A DNA stretch of 64,000 nt from Ranitomeya imitator (lineage: Eukaryota), in assembly GCF_032444005.1 (NCBI RefSeq), contig NC_091284.1:619628001-619692000 (forward strand), in the 5' to 3' direction. A program made the position numbers and the translations under genes. Positions 27,150 through 40,599 of the stretch are shown in pieces (position 1 is the stretch's first letter; each line of letters opens with the position of its first letter). Below the pieces are notes generated by a model. That model saw only the letters and a list, made by a program, of their open reading frames with translations, was not told where the DNA came from and ran no database searches.

Positions 27150-29134
27150 CTACTAAATGTGCAATGGCAGCCTTAAAGGTTGCTTTCCAGGCTCTGTAGT
27201 TCTCTGCACGGTCGTCAAATTTTGAGAGGCTAGTGCTGATTTGCTCTCTGCTCACCATGGAGCTGGCAAACTCAGACATGTCCGATCCTTCACTCCTTGT
27301 TACCGTATTAGCTTGTGGTGTCCCTCGGGCGTATAAGCTGTGTGGCATGGAAGGGTGAATTGTTCCCGGGTAAAATGTTGTTGCTGCAGAGTTGAGCTGT
27401 GGTTTAACCTCTTGATATTCTGATGACTGCTGCTTGAACTGTGAAGGCACGTTGGAGTGTGCCTTGCAGTCGTCTTGCGGTGATGACTGCTCCTGAGGGG
27501 GTGCATTACGGCTTTGTTCTTGGGTCTCTGTAGGGGCTGTGGGTGATACTTGCACCATAGGTTGGGCTGACTTGGATGTTTCTGCAATGTTGGGTTGAAC
27601 GTCGCTGGGGAAGGTGTCCGCTGCAGGTATCTGTTTCTCCACATAGCCGCTGGTACGAACAGCTGGGTCATCTTCTTCCTGTGGTGGCAGGCAAATCGGG
27701 TCGAGGTTTTGCTTCAATGCTTGCTCGAGTATTTTTACTTTGGCTACTGCGATTTCTTCCTCCATTTCTGTTTGAAGAATCTTTGCTCGGGCCTCTGCTT
27801 CTGCTTACTTCGCTTCTACTTCTGCTTTCTTCGCTTCTGCTTCTGTTTGAAGAATCTTTGCTTGAGCCTCTGCTTTCTTGCCTTCTGCCTCTGATTCTGC
27901 TTTCTTCTCTGTGTGTGAATGTCTTAGTTTGGACCGCTCTGCATTTAAACAGGCCTCTAGAATTATGTCACTGAGGGCTGAAGTTCTTGAGCAGGATGAT
28001 GTGTATGACCAAACAGAGTGTTTGGATGAGGCTGACCTGTGCGATCTAGTTTCTTACAGATGGGCGATACGAAGCTCTGCTTTATCTTTGGCGTCTTGCA
28101 TGGTGGCATCCCTTTCTCTGTCTGTAGAGTCTGCCTTGCTTAACTCTGATAGGGCTTTGTCTCTTTTGGAATCTTTTAGGAAGGCAGCATACTTTGCAGA
28201 CAGTCTCTTGTATCTGCCGTGGGCCATGGCTAGCTGTCTTATAGTGTCCTGTAAACTCGCTGCATCATCTTTGTGGCATTGAATGCTTGACGTGAGGGAG
28301 GCAACTCATTCCCATGGGTCGTCCAGGTTGTCAATGAACTCATCCCTTGTGGAAAGGTAATTCTCAAGGACCTTTAGTGTTGGCTTGAGGGAGCGTACTG
28401 GTCATGCATCTGGGTCTGCTGCGGAAGCAGGCTCTGCTTCCTGGTCTTCATAATGGACCATATCAGTATATATTCACACTGTTTCAGCATTAGGGAACTA
28501 AATAAGGTCCTTTTCAGCCATTTTTATTTAAGGTGCACTGTCTCTTTAAGAAACTGAACTTTTGAAATGGGGGTTGGAAATCGTGGTGCAGCTTAATTGC
28601 TACCCCCTGATAAGATTCCTAAGGTGTTTTTGGAGAATTGTGGGGTACTGCAGTTCGACAATCTGCAGCGATGTGGTATAATATACAGAGAGTCTTTATG
28701 CACGATGCAGTTTGAGGTGATGCTGCAGGAGATTTCGTAGCAGAGCAGGGCTACAGTATGTGAGCAGGCAGAGCGTGGGCGCATGGATAGGGATATAAGG
28801 ATGATTCTGGCCGAGGTTCAAGGCAGTCTTTCGACTGTTTTGTCCCCACATGAGGCGAGTGGAGGTGTGGTTGACTATTAAGGGTTGTGAGAGATTTTAT
28901 ACCTTCAGTATTTCCTCGATGTGAGACAGACAGGACCAAAGCTGTTCAGCATCCGGAGAGATGATGCACACCATGGATTGTGCAATCCAAGCTTGTTTAT
29001 TTGGAAATACAGCGCATAACTGGTAATACAGTACTTTCTCCAGAAATGCAGGTGTAGGCAAGGTACAGTAAGATGTAGCACCAAGTATGAGTGCAAGTGT
29101 GAGCAGCAAGAGTGAGCAGCAAGAGGTCAAAACA
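27150..29134 (-). mobile_element. BEL/Pao LTR retrotransposon 5' fragment (putative LTR ~28520-29134 plus truncated gag)
   Basis: Minus-strand ORF 27136-27765 ends EFASSMVSREQISTSLSKFDDRAENYRAWKATFKAAI, resembling BEL/Pao gag (DUF1759-like); coiled-coil repeats upstream; TGTTTTGACC start at 29134; LTR limits inferred. Confidence 0.6.
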
Positions 29135-29380
29135 CTGATGCCTTCCTAAGCCCGGTTCAAGCGTGTCCTCTCACAACAGCAAGTAAACTGAAAATTAAAT
29201 GGATGCCAGAGGAAGAGAAGACTTGAACCCTGAACTGGAAGTGAAAGACATGCCCACGAGAATTAATGAATAACAAGCTGCCATACGGAAAAAGGCCATT
29301 GGGTAGCAGCAGAGTAAAATATAACAACATACATGGAACAGCACAATTACCAACATCTGAATAAAGCTTTACACTGACAT

Positions 29381-30592
29381 AAAAACACAAAAGCGCACAG
29401 AGAGGTAAAAAAATACTCTGTTGTAAAAAAAGTCACAGTAAATAAGCAAGTGCTAGTCAAAAATGAAAATATACAAAAATACAGGGTATTTAGTTAATAC
29501 GTTTTTTGCAAAAAAAGGTATGTTAAGCTGCTCCACCAATCGCCAAGGTATACCCATAATAGAGCAGTCCTATCTAATGTATATAATCCCTATCTGATGT
29601 ATTTAAAAACCTGATCATCTGTATAGTACCTGTATGAGCAGGGTTCAGAGAGAAAATATGCATGTGGAACTTGCAGGATGGAACAGCTACAATGCAAATG
29701 ACCCACAGAGGAGTGGTGGACTCCCCAGTCTTGTAGAAACAAGAGAACAATTATAGAACCAAAAAAACATGGGCTACTTGCACAGTGAACAAGTCTGTAG
29801 AAACCTGTTCACACCACCAAAGAACTTGAAAACACAAAAGCGCACAGAGAGGTAAAAAAATACTCTGTTGTAAAAAAGTCACAGTAAATAAGCAAGTGCT
29901 AATCAAAAAATGAAAAAATACAAAAATACAGGGTATTTAGTTAATACGTTTTTTTGCAAAAAAAGGTATGTTAAGCTGCTCCACCAATCGCCAAGGTATA
30001 CCCATAATAGAGCAGTCCTATCTAATGTATATAATCCCTATCTGATGTATTTAAAAACCTGATCATCTGTATAGTACCTGTATGAGCAGGGTTCAGAGAG
30101 AAAATATTCATGTGGAACTTGCAGGATGGAACAGCTACAATGCAAATGACCCACAGAGGAGTGGTGGACTCCCCAGTCTTGTAGAAACAAGAGAACAATT
30201 ATAGAACCAAAAACACATGGGCTACTTGCACAGTGAACAAGCCTGTAGAAACCTGTTCACACCACCAAAGAACTTGAAAACACAAAAGCGCACAGAGAGG
30301 TCAAAAAATACTCTGTTGTAAAAATGTCACAGTAAATAAGCAAGTGCTAGTCAAAAAATGAAAAAATACAAAAATACAGGGTATTTAGTTAATACGTTTT
30401 TTTGCAAAAAAAAAGGTATGTTAAGCTGCTCCACCAATCGCCAAGGTATACCCATAATAGAGCAGTCCTATCTAATGTATATAATCCCTATCTGATGTAT
30501 TTAAAAACCTGATCATCTCTATAGTACCTGTATGAGCAGGGTTCAGAGAGAAAATATCCATGTGGAACTTGCAGGATGGAACAGCTACAATG
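29381..30592. repeat. Tandem repeat of a ~448-bp AT-rich unit (2.7 copies)
   Basis: AAAACACAAAAGCGCACAGAGAGG near 29382, 29829, 30277. Confidence 0.85.
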
Positions 30593-31039
30593 TATGCAAA
30601 CATAAAAACCCACTATAAAGCCTCTTTCACACATCCTGATATTTACGGTACCGGAGATGTCAGTGTCTGTGTGTGTAATTCTTGCGGTACACGTGTGGTA
30701 TGCGTGTGATGCATAAGTACCACAAAGACATACGCCAGGGAAAAAGTGTTACAGTAAGCGCTCCCCGGCAGAGCATGGGAGAATGATGAGAGCCGTGTTC
30801 ATCACCCGGCACCGGGGAACAGCACTTACTGTAACGCTTCTTCCCAAGGTGCTGATGCATGTCACATGGATGACATCCATGTGTGTTATACGTATGCATG
30901 TGTGCTGAATGTTTTGTGGCCCGTGCTGACATTAAAAAATGGACATGTCAGCTTGTTTTGCCCATGGACACAAGGTCCGTGGAAACACACTGACATGTAC
31001 ACAGACCCATTCACTTGAATAGGTAAATAGCACTCTGTA

Positions 31040-34000
31040 CCTCCGGAGTCTCTCCGCATGGCTGCCTAGTGGTATAAAATTCTGTGACACACCAATGGTG
31101 TCAATATGATCACTGCCCCCTAAATGAATCCATTGTGATGTGTAATTCGTAAAATGGGGTAATTTATGGGGGGGCTTTGCTGTTTTGGCACCTCATGGGG
31201 TCTCCCAGTGAGTTATGGCACCTGCAAACCTTAAGTGTGAAATCTAGCGCTCCTTCCTTTCTGAGCTCTGCCATGCTCGCAAACAGTGGTTTATTCCCAC
31301 AAATGGGGTATTAGCATATGCATGACAAACTGTAAAATAACTCTTGGGGCCCAATTTCTCCTGTCAGCCTTGGGAAAATAAAAAATTGGGCTATAACATC
31401 ATTTTTTGTGGAAAAAATATGTTTTTTTATTTTATGGCTCTACATTATAAATTTCTGTGAAGCACTTTGGGGTTCAAAGTGCTCATCATACATCTAGATA
31501 AGTTCCTTGGGGGGCCTAGTTTCCAAAATGAGGTCACTTGTGGGGGGTTTACACTGTTTACGCACATCAGGGCCTTTCCAAACACAACATGACACCTGTA
31601 GACCATGCCATCAAAGTCTGCATTCCAAAACCTCACTACTTTCCTTCCAAGCCCCGACGTGTGCCCATACAATAGTTTTCTCCTGCATATTGGGTATCAC
31701 GTCTAACGAATGGAAGCGGGTAATGAAAGGAATCAGGTGGTGAAGTTCACATTTGTTTTTTTATCAATATTTTTGTGGAACCTCGGGACCATGGTCCAGG
31801 GACTCCGAAGGGGGAGTGACTAAGTGAGCCCCAGACACCCATGTTAGGTCCCCTCAAACAGAATGGAATGCCTGTGGGACACGGCTGCTACCTTCAGTTA
31901 GACCCCGGACACGTGGCAGCTGTCCCAGCGGGAGAGATGGACAAGCAGGGTCAACAGATGTCATGGAGCTGACACAGGTGGTACTGGCGTTGTTCAGAGG
32001 TACAGATGGCTGAATGGCGGGATGTGCCGGAACTGGCGTAGACAGAATGGTCATCATCCAGGATAGCCAGGTAACAGGTAGCTAATAATCTGCGGAGACA
32101 GTGTTAGCGGAGCAATGGCAGAACACTTCAGAAGCTAAAGCACACACTAGCCAAAACCTGAAGCTAGCAACAGAGGATACTTGTTGCTCTGGCACCCTCC
32201 CTATGGCGGAGGGGCTAGAAATAGTAATTACTAACATGCCATTGGTTAGAAGTACATTTTGAAAAATGCATGCTGTCTCTTTAAGAGACTGGAAGCGTGC
32301 GCGACCTAAGCACTCTACCCGAGATCCTGCTGGCCGCTCACCAGGAGGCAGGAGGAAGAGAGGAAGCAGAGGCTGCAGCAGGACGGATTGGGGCCGGCAC
32401 AGAGTGGGAGTCCCAATGGGGACCCTGCGAAGGTACAGGACTGGGGCCGGGTGTAACACAGCGTATTCACAACAAATTGGACAACATCTTTGTGGAAAAA
32501 ATATGATTATTTATTTTCACGGCCAAGCATTATAAACTTTAGTGAAACACCTGGGGGTTCAAAGTTCTCACCATAAATCTAAATAAGCTCCTTGGGGGTC
32601 TAGTTTCCAAAATAGGATCACTTGTGGGGGTTTCCACTGTTTAGGCACATCAGGGGCTCCCCAAACGTGACATGATGCCTGCAGACCATTCCATCAAAGT
32701 CTGCATTCCAAAGCGTTACTACTTCCCTTCCTTGCCCCGACGTGTGCCCACACAGTAGTTTTGTGGAAAAAATATGATTTTTTCTTTATTTTCACACCTG
32801 GGCATTATCAACTTTAGTGAAACACCTTCAAGTTCAAGGTTCTCACCACGCATCTAGATGAGTTCCTTGGGGAGTCTAGTTTTCAAAATGGTGTCACTTG
32901 TGGGGGGGGGGGGTTCTACTGTTTAGGCACATCAGGGGCTCTCCAAACGAGACACGGCATCTGATCTCAATTCCAGCCAATTTTGCATTGAAAACGTCAA
33001 ACGGCGCTCCCTCTCTTCTGAGCTCTGCCATGCACCCAAACAGTGGTTTATCCCCACATATGGGGTATCAGCATACTCAGGACAAATTGCACAATAACAC
33101 TTGGTGTCCTGATACCCTAGGGAAAACTAAAATTTGGGGTGAAAAGATAATTTTTGTTGAAAAAATATGATTTTTAAATTTTAAGGTTCTATGTTATAAA
33201 CTTCTGTGAAGCCCTTGCGGGTTTAAAGCGCTCACCACACATCTAGATAAGTTCCTTGGGGGGTATAATTTCCAAAATGGTGTCATCTGTGGTTTTTTTT
33301 CACTGTTTAAGCGCATCAGGGGCTCTCCAAATGCAACATGGCATCTAATCTCAATTCCAGCCAATTTTGCGTTGAAAAAGTCACACGGCGCTCCTTCCCT
33401 TCCAAGCTCTGCCATGCGTCCAAACAGTGGTTCCTCCACTGGGGTATCAGCGTACTAAGGACAAATTGCACAATAACTTTTGGGGTCCAACTTTTCATGT
33501 TGTCTTTGATAAAATAAAAAAATTTAGATCTGAAATAATTTTTGGGAGAAAAAATGTTAAATGTAAATTTTTTTTAAACATTCCAAAAATTCCTGTGAAG
33601 CACCAGAAGGGTTAATAAATTTCTTGAATGTGTTTGTGAGCACCGTGAGGGGTGCAGTTTTTAGAAATTGTGTCACTATCGAGTATTTTCTAGACCCCTC
33701 AAAGTGACTTCAAATGTGATGTGGTCCCTAAAAAAATGGTGTTGTATAAATGAGAAACTGCTGGTCAAATTTTATCTCTTATAACGTCCTAACAAAAAAG
33801 AAAAATTGGTTCCAAAATTGTGCTGATGTAATGTAGACATGTGGGAAATGTTAGGTATTAAGTATTTTGTGTGACATATCTGGGTGATTTAAGGGCATGA
33901 AAATTCAAATTGGGAAAATGACAAAATTTTCAAAATTTTAGCCAATTTTCATGTTTTTTCCTCAAATAAAAGCAAGTCATATCAAAGAAATGTTACCACT

Positions 34001-34120
34001 ATGATGAAGTACAATATGTCACGAGAAAACATTGTCAGAATCACCAGGGTGCATGGAATTATTCCAGAGTTATTACCTCATAAATAGACAGTGGTCAGAA
34101 TTGTATAAATTTGCCTGTTC
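31040..34120 (-). mobile_element. piggyBac-like repeat arm, inverted relative to 17117-23900, terminus missing
   Basis: 33600-34120 is the reverse complement of the element start (GTGGTCAGAATTGTA…CATTAATGT); the outermost ~25-30 bp and TTAA are absent. Confidence 0.75.
31702..32458. mobile_element. Solo-LTR-like insertion
   Basis: Splits the arm motif GGGTATCA|GCGTA; ends T(C)TAACG…TGTAACA; only a degenerate TSD (CA-CG / CAGCG). Confidence 0.5.
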
Positions 34121-36389
34121 ATTAATGTTAATCTTGAAAAAATAAATTTACTTAAAAGATGTCAAATATTTGAAATTTCTGCATCTACCATGACACATTC
34201 TAAAATACTATATCATTATTTATCCTGCAAAATGAAATCCAGAAAAAAGTACAGGAAAACAAGGCCAAATAATTACCACTTTTGTTCATCCATCCTTACA
34301 ATAAAAACAAAAGTAAGTGCTCAAAAAGTGTTATGTTTTGTTCAATTTTAGTAGTTAATACTTGAGTTTGATACACAAAAAACAAGTGCTACTAATATTA
34401 TTAACCCCTTAGTGACAGAGCCAATTTGGTTCTTAATGACCGAGCCAATTTTTACAATTCTGACCACTGTCACTTTATGAGGTTATAACTCTGGAACGCT
34501 TTAACAGAACCCGCTGATTCTAAGATTGTTTTTTCGTGACATATTGTAATTCATGATAGTGGTAACATTTCTTCGATATTACTTGCGATTATTTATGAAA
34601 AAAATGGAAATATGACAAAAAAATTTAAAATTTTGCAATTTTCAAACTTTGTATTTTTATGCCCTTAAATCAAAGAGATATGTCATGAAAAATAGTTAAT
34701 AAATAACATTTACCACATGTCTACTTTACATCAGCACAATTTTGGAAATACATTTTTTTTGTTAGGGAGTTATAAGGGTTAAAAGTTGACCAGCAATTTC
34801 TGATTTTTACACCACCATTTTTTAGGTACCACATCACATTTGAAGTCATTTTGAGGGGTCTATATGATAGAAAATAACCAAGTGTGACACCATTCTAAAA
34901 ACTGCACCCCTCAACGTTCTCAAAACCACATTAAAGAAGTTTATTAACCCTATACGTGCTTCACAGGAACTGAAACAATGTGGAAGGAAAAAATGAACAT
35001 TTAACTTTTTTTTGCAAACATTTCACTTCAGAACCATTTTTTTATTTTCACAAGTGTAAAAACAGAAATTAAACCATAAGTTTTGTTGTGCAATTTCTCC
35101 TGAATATGCCGATACCACAAATGTGGGGATAAACCACTGTTTTGGCGCACCACAGAGCTTGGAAGTGAAGGAGCGCCGTTTGACTTTTTCAATGCAGAAT
35201 TGGCTGGAATTGAGATTGGATGCCATGTCACGTTTAGAGAGCCCCTGATGTGCCTAAACAGTGGAAACCCCCCACAAGTGACACCATTTTGGAAACTAGA
35301 CCCCTTAAGGAACTTATCTAGATGTGTGGTGAGCACTTTGAGCCCTCAAGTGCTTCACAGAAGTTTATATTTTATATTTTTGCCCACAAATTCTTATTTT
35401 CACAAGGGTAACAGGAGAAATTAGACCACAAAAGTTGTTGTGCAATTTCTCCTGAGTAAGTCGATACCCCATATGTGGGGGTAAACCACTGTTTGGGCGC
35501 ACCGCAGAGCTTGGAAGAGGAGTGCCGTTTTACTTTTTCAATGTAGAATTGGCTGGAATTGAGATCGGACGCCATGTCGCGTTTAGAGAGCCCCTGATGT
35601 GCCTAAACAGTAGAAACCCCCAACAAGTGACCCCATTTTGGAAACTAGATCCCCCATGGAACTTAGTAAGATGTGTGGTGAGAACTTTGAATGCCCAAGT
35701 CCTTCACAGAACTTTATAATGCAGAGTCGTGAAAATAAACAATATTTTTTTTCCACAAAAAAGATTTTTTAGCCCCCAAGTTTTTATTTTCACAAAGGTA
35801 ACAAGAGAAATTGGACCTCAAAAGTTGTTGTCAATTTATCCCAAGTATGTTGATGCCCCATATGTGGGAGTAAACCACTGTTTGGGCGCACGGCAGAGCT
35901 CGGAAGGGAAGGAGCACCGTTTAGGAATGCAGACTTTGATAGAATGGTCTGTGAGCGTTATGTTGCGTTTGCAGAGCCCCTGATGTACCTAAGCAGTAGT
36001 AACCCCCCACAAGTGACCCCATTTTGGAAACTAGACCCCCCAAGAAACTTATCTAGATGTGTGATGAGAACTTTGAATGCCCAAGTGCTTCACAGAAGTT
36101 TATAATGCAGAGTCGTGAAAATAAAAAATATTTTTTTCCACAAAAAAGATTTTGTAGCCCCCAAGTTTTTATTTTTACAAGGGTAACAGGAGAAATTGGA
36201 CCCCAGAAGTTGTTGTACAATTTATCCCGAGTACGCTGATGCCCCATATGTGTGGGTAACCCACAGTTTGGGCGCACGGCAGAGCTCAGAAGGGAGGGAG
36301 CATCATTTGACTTTTTGAGCGCAAAATTGGCTGTCGCGTTTTGAGACACCCAGATGGACCTAAACAGTGGAACCCCCCCAATTCTACCT

Positions 36390-37378
36390 TCAACCCTAAC
36401 CCCAACACACCCCTAACCCTAATCCCAACCCGATCCATAATCCTAATCACATCCCTAACGATAATCACAACCCTAACCCCAAAACAACCCTAATGTCAAC
36501 TCTAACCATAACCCTAATCAAAACCCTAAATCCAACACACCCTTAATCCTAATCTCAACCTTAACCTCAAACCTAACCCTAATCCCAATACACCCCTAAT
36601 CCCAACCCTAACCTTAACCCTATTCCCAAACCTAACCCTAATCCCAAGCGTAACCCTAATGCCAACCCTAACCCTAATACCAACCCTAATCCAAACCCTA
36701 ACCCTAACCCCAACTCTAACTCTAACTTTAGCCCCAACCCTAGCCCTAACCCGAAATTTAGCCCCAACCCTAACCCTAGCTCTAACTTTAGCCCCAACCC
36801 TAACCCTAGCCCTAACTTTAGCCCCAACCCTAACCCTAGCACTAAGGCTACTTTCACACTTCCGTCATTTGGCATCCATCGCAATCCGTCGTTTTGGACA
36901 AAAAATCGATCTTGCAAATGTGACTGCAGGATGAGTTTTTTGCCCATAGACTTGTATTGCCGAAGGATCGTGATGGATGGCCACACGTCGCATCCGTCGT
37001 GCACTGGATCAGTTGTGTTTTGGCGGACCGTCGGCACAAAAAACGTTCAATGTAATGTTTTTTTGTACGTCGCATCTGCCATTTCCGACCGCGCATACGT
37101 GGCCATAACTCCGCCCCCTCCTCCCCAAGACATAGACTGGGCAGCGGATGGTTGAAAATCTGCATCCGCTGCCCACGTTGTGCACAATTTTCACAACGTG
37201 CGTCGGTATGTCGGGCTGACGTATTGCGACGGCCCCGTACCGACGCAAGTGTGAAAGAAGCCTAACCCTAAATTTAGCCCCAACCCTAACCCTAACCCTA
37301 AATTTAGCCCCAACCCTAACCCTAAATTTAGCCCCAACCCTAACCCTAACCATAACCCTAATTTTAGCCCCAACTACT
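36390..37378 (+). repeat. Telomere-like (CCCTAA)n degenerate array, interrupted by a MITE
   Basis: Many CCCTAA units and AACTTTAGCCCCAACCCTAACCCT variants. Confidence 0.85.
36846..37262. mobile_element. PIF/Harbinger-like MITE
   Basis: TIR GGCTACTTTCACAC / GTGTGAAAGAAGCC with 3-bp TAA duplication (36843-45, 37263-65). Confidence 0.8.
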
Positions 37379-38435
37379 CTACCTGCTGGCCGGCAGAATA
37401 TGGCGGGTGAACTGCACATACGCCCACCATTTTCTTAACAGATGAAGAAGTCGGTGGGCAGGAGAGGACGCAGGAGAACCCAGGGACACCGGTAAGTATG
37501 ATAGGGTCCCCGAATTCCCGTATTTCTCTGTCCTCTGATGTGCGATCACATCAGAGGACAGAGAATTACATCGCTTTTTTTTTTTTTTGCAATCGCCGGT
37601 AAACAGTTAATTAATACAGGGGTCGGTAAAAACCGACCCCGATCATGTTCTTTGAGGTCTCGGCTACCCCGGCAGCCGAGACACCAAAGATCCTCTGGGT
37701 GCCGGCCGGCGGGCGCACTGCGCATGTGCCCGCCATTTTTTGGCCAGAACAAGATGGCGGCACCCATCGGGAGCCACGAGGAGCACCGGGGAGACAGGTG
37801 AGTATCGGGGGTCTATTGGGGACCCCATTTCTTTGTCGTCTGATGTGCAATCACATCGGAGGACAGAGAAATTAAATGGGAAATTGCGTTGTTGTTTTTT
37901 TGCGATTGCCGGTAAACGGTTAATTACCGGTGATCGCAACCCGGGGGTCGGTGAAAAAAACCCTGAATCATGTTCTCTGCGGTCTTGGCTACCACCGGCA
38001 ACCAAGACCCCAGAGAAAATCCGACTCTGGGGGGTGCTATTCACTTTTTCCACAGCGCCATTAATTAACGGCGCTGTGGTTTAAGTACCCTTAACCGCCG
38101 CCGTTAAAAGGCGTATCGGCGGTCGTTAAGGGGTTAATAATACTGTTTGAACACATTCACTTTGAGTTTTTTAAACCCTATACGTTAATATATGAGACAG
38201 ACATTATTTACTGGAATGCTAAGAATTCGAGGATCTACCAAAAAGATTTAACAATGTCCAATGGCACATAAGGTACATGCACATAAATGTAGGATCACCA
38301 CACAGATAGCAATAAAGTTACCAAAAGAATTTTTATTTTACACACCAAAAAGACACTACACACAGTTTTTGAAAACATCTAAAAATTGTTCCACATTGGA
38401 ACATACATGTTAGATCCAAAAAATACAATATTCAA

Positions 38436-38480
<45 letters not shown>

Positions 38481-38851
38481 ATATCCGGCTGAGAATCACA
38501 GTTGCATCAGGAAAGTCTATTATAGGCTCGTAATCCGATAAGTGTTGTATACACATGCCAAAGTGTGGAGATTTGGCTGGACAATGGGATAATAGAGGCC
38601 CATATACCAAAAATTAGCATAAGAAACTATTTCAAAAAGTGACATACACAACCCATAATACAGGTAATATGTATAAAGACTATGTACATGAACTATTTAA
38701 GCATGGTGGCAGAGGTAACAGTGGCATTTGTGGCCCATGTGAATACGTTAGTTCCAAATATATTATATAGGGTCTATAATGGTCCACAGGGATACAAGTA
38801 TCCAAAATGAGCTCCCCTATATCCTTAAGGTAAGAAACTAAACAGGCCACA

Positions 38852-40445
38852 TCTACTATATAATTGTCTAAGGGGTACTTCCGTCTGTCCTTCTGTCTGT
38901 CTGTCTGTCAGGGATATTCATTGGTCGTGGCCTCTGTCTATCATGGAAATCCAAGTCACTGATTGGTCGCCGCAAAACAGCCATGACCAATCAGCGACGG
39001 GCAGAGTCTGGAAGAAAATGGCCGCTCCTTACTCCTCGCGGTCAGTGGCCGGCACCCGCTCCATACTCCCCGCAGTGCCCCCAGCGCCCGCTTCATACTC
39101 ACCGCAGTGTCCCTGGTGCCCGTTCCATACTCCCCGCTCCCCGCAGTGTCCCCGGCGCCCGCTCCATACTCCCCGCAGTGTCTCCGGCACCCGCTCCATA
39201 CTCCCCGCTCCCCGCAGTCACTGTCCCCGGTGCTCCGCTCCATGCTCCCCGCAGTCACTCTCCCCGGCGCCCGCTCCATACTCCTCTCCGGTCATGAGAC
39301 CGCTAAGTCATCTGGGTAATTTCGCAAAGCATCCTGGGAACAGAAGATGGCGGCAGCCGCGCGCCCATCGGTACAGTGCCGTTGGATCCCAGGAGGCGGA
39401 GAGACAGGACGCTGAGGAGCAGCGACCAGAATGGTGAGTATGTTCAACTACAAGGGGCCATCGGATCGTTAGGTGAGTATGTTTATTTTTTATTTTTTAA
39501 CCTGTGACATACGTGGCTGGGCAATATACTATGTCACTGGGCAATATACTACGTGGTTCTGTGCTGTATACTATGTCACTGGGCAATATACTACGTCACT
39601 GGGCAATATACTATGTGGCTCTGTGATGTATACTACGTCACTGGGCAATATACTACTTGGCTGGGCAATATACTGCGTGGCTCTGTGCTGTATACTATGT
39701 CACTGGGCAATATACTACTTGGCTCTGTGCTGTATACTACGTCTCTGGGCAATATTCTATGTGGCTCTGTGCTGTATACTACGTCACTGGGCAATATACT
39801 ACGTGGCTCTGTGCTGTATACTACATCACTGGGCAATATACTACATGGCTCTGTGCTGTATACTATGTCACTGGGCAATAAACTACGTGGCTGGGCAATA
39901 TACTATGTCGCTGTGCAATATACTACGTGGCTCTGTGCTGTATACTATGTCACTGTGCAATATACTACGTGGCTCTGTGCTGTATACTACATAACTGGGC
40001 AATATACTACGTCGCTGGGCAATATACTATGTGGCTGTGCAATATACTACGTGGCTGGGCAATATACTACGTGGCTGGGCAATATACTACGTGACTGGGC
40101 AATATACTACGTGGCCGGGCAATATACTATGTGGCTGTGCAATATACTACGTCGCTGGGCAATATACTACGTGGCTGGGCAATATACCACGTGGCTGGGC
40201 AATATACCACGTGGCTGGGCAATATACTACGTGGCTGGGCAATATACTATGTGGCTGGGCAATATACTACGTGGCTGGGCAATATACTACGTGGCTGGGC
40301 AATATACTACGTGGCTGGGCAATATACTACGTGTCTGGCCAATATACTACGTGGCTGGGCAATATACTACGTGGGCTGAGCAATATACTACATGGCCATG
40401 CATATTCTAGAATACCCGATGCATTAGAATCGGGCCACCATCTAG
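38852..40445 (+). mobile_element. Non-autonomous Helitron carrying minisatellites
   Basis: 5' TC after A (38851); 3' hairpin CCCGAT…ATCGGG then CTAG followed by T; no TSD. Confidence 0.8.
39520..40395. repeat. 20/22-bp minisatellite (GTGGCTGGGCAATATACTAC / GTGGCTCTGTGCTGTATACTAC)
   Basis: Directly visible tandem units. Confidence 0.9.
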
Positions 40446-40599
40446 TAGAGCAATAACCAGCTTTAAATGCCTTTCATGCTTCACCCTATACAGTCCGAGA
40501 GTCCACTACTGTCTCCATGGTCCTAGATGCAAGGGTACAGCCCAGAGAAGGGTTAACGGACCCACGCTTTCCGACACACACGGTGTCTTTCTCAAGGTG

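Larger units (their letters stand above)
17117..27150 (-). mobile_element. Outer piggyBac-like element: repeat-rich arm 17117-17554 + 22262-23900, decayed transposase, upstream tandem repeats
   Basis: Begins right after TTAA (17113-16); the arm resumes at 22262 in register with the inner copy (…CCATTTTTTTAA|GGACCAC); carries a piggyBac transposase pseudogene; right boundary uncertain. Confidence 0.65.
34405..38133 (+). mobile_element. Non-autonomous piggyBac-like element
   Basis: TTAA at 34401-04 and 38134-37; CCCCTT…AAGGGG termini; same repeat arm and telomere-like tract as 17555-22257. Confidence 0.85.

Noticed and set aside
36579-37419. LGLGLG / TLTLAL ORFs
   Set aside because: Artefacts of telomere-like repeats
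39520-40395. CRISPR-like periodicity
   Set aside because: No unique spacers, eukaryotic context, no cas genes
39473-40456. Long ORFs (up to 285 aa)
   Set aside because: Translations of a stop-poor minisatellite
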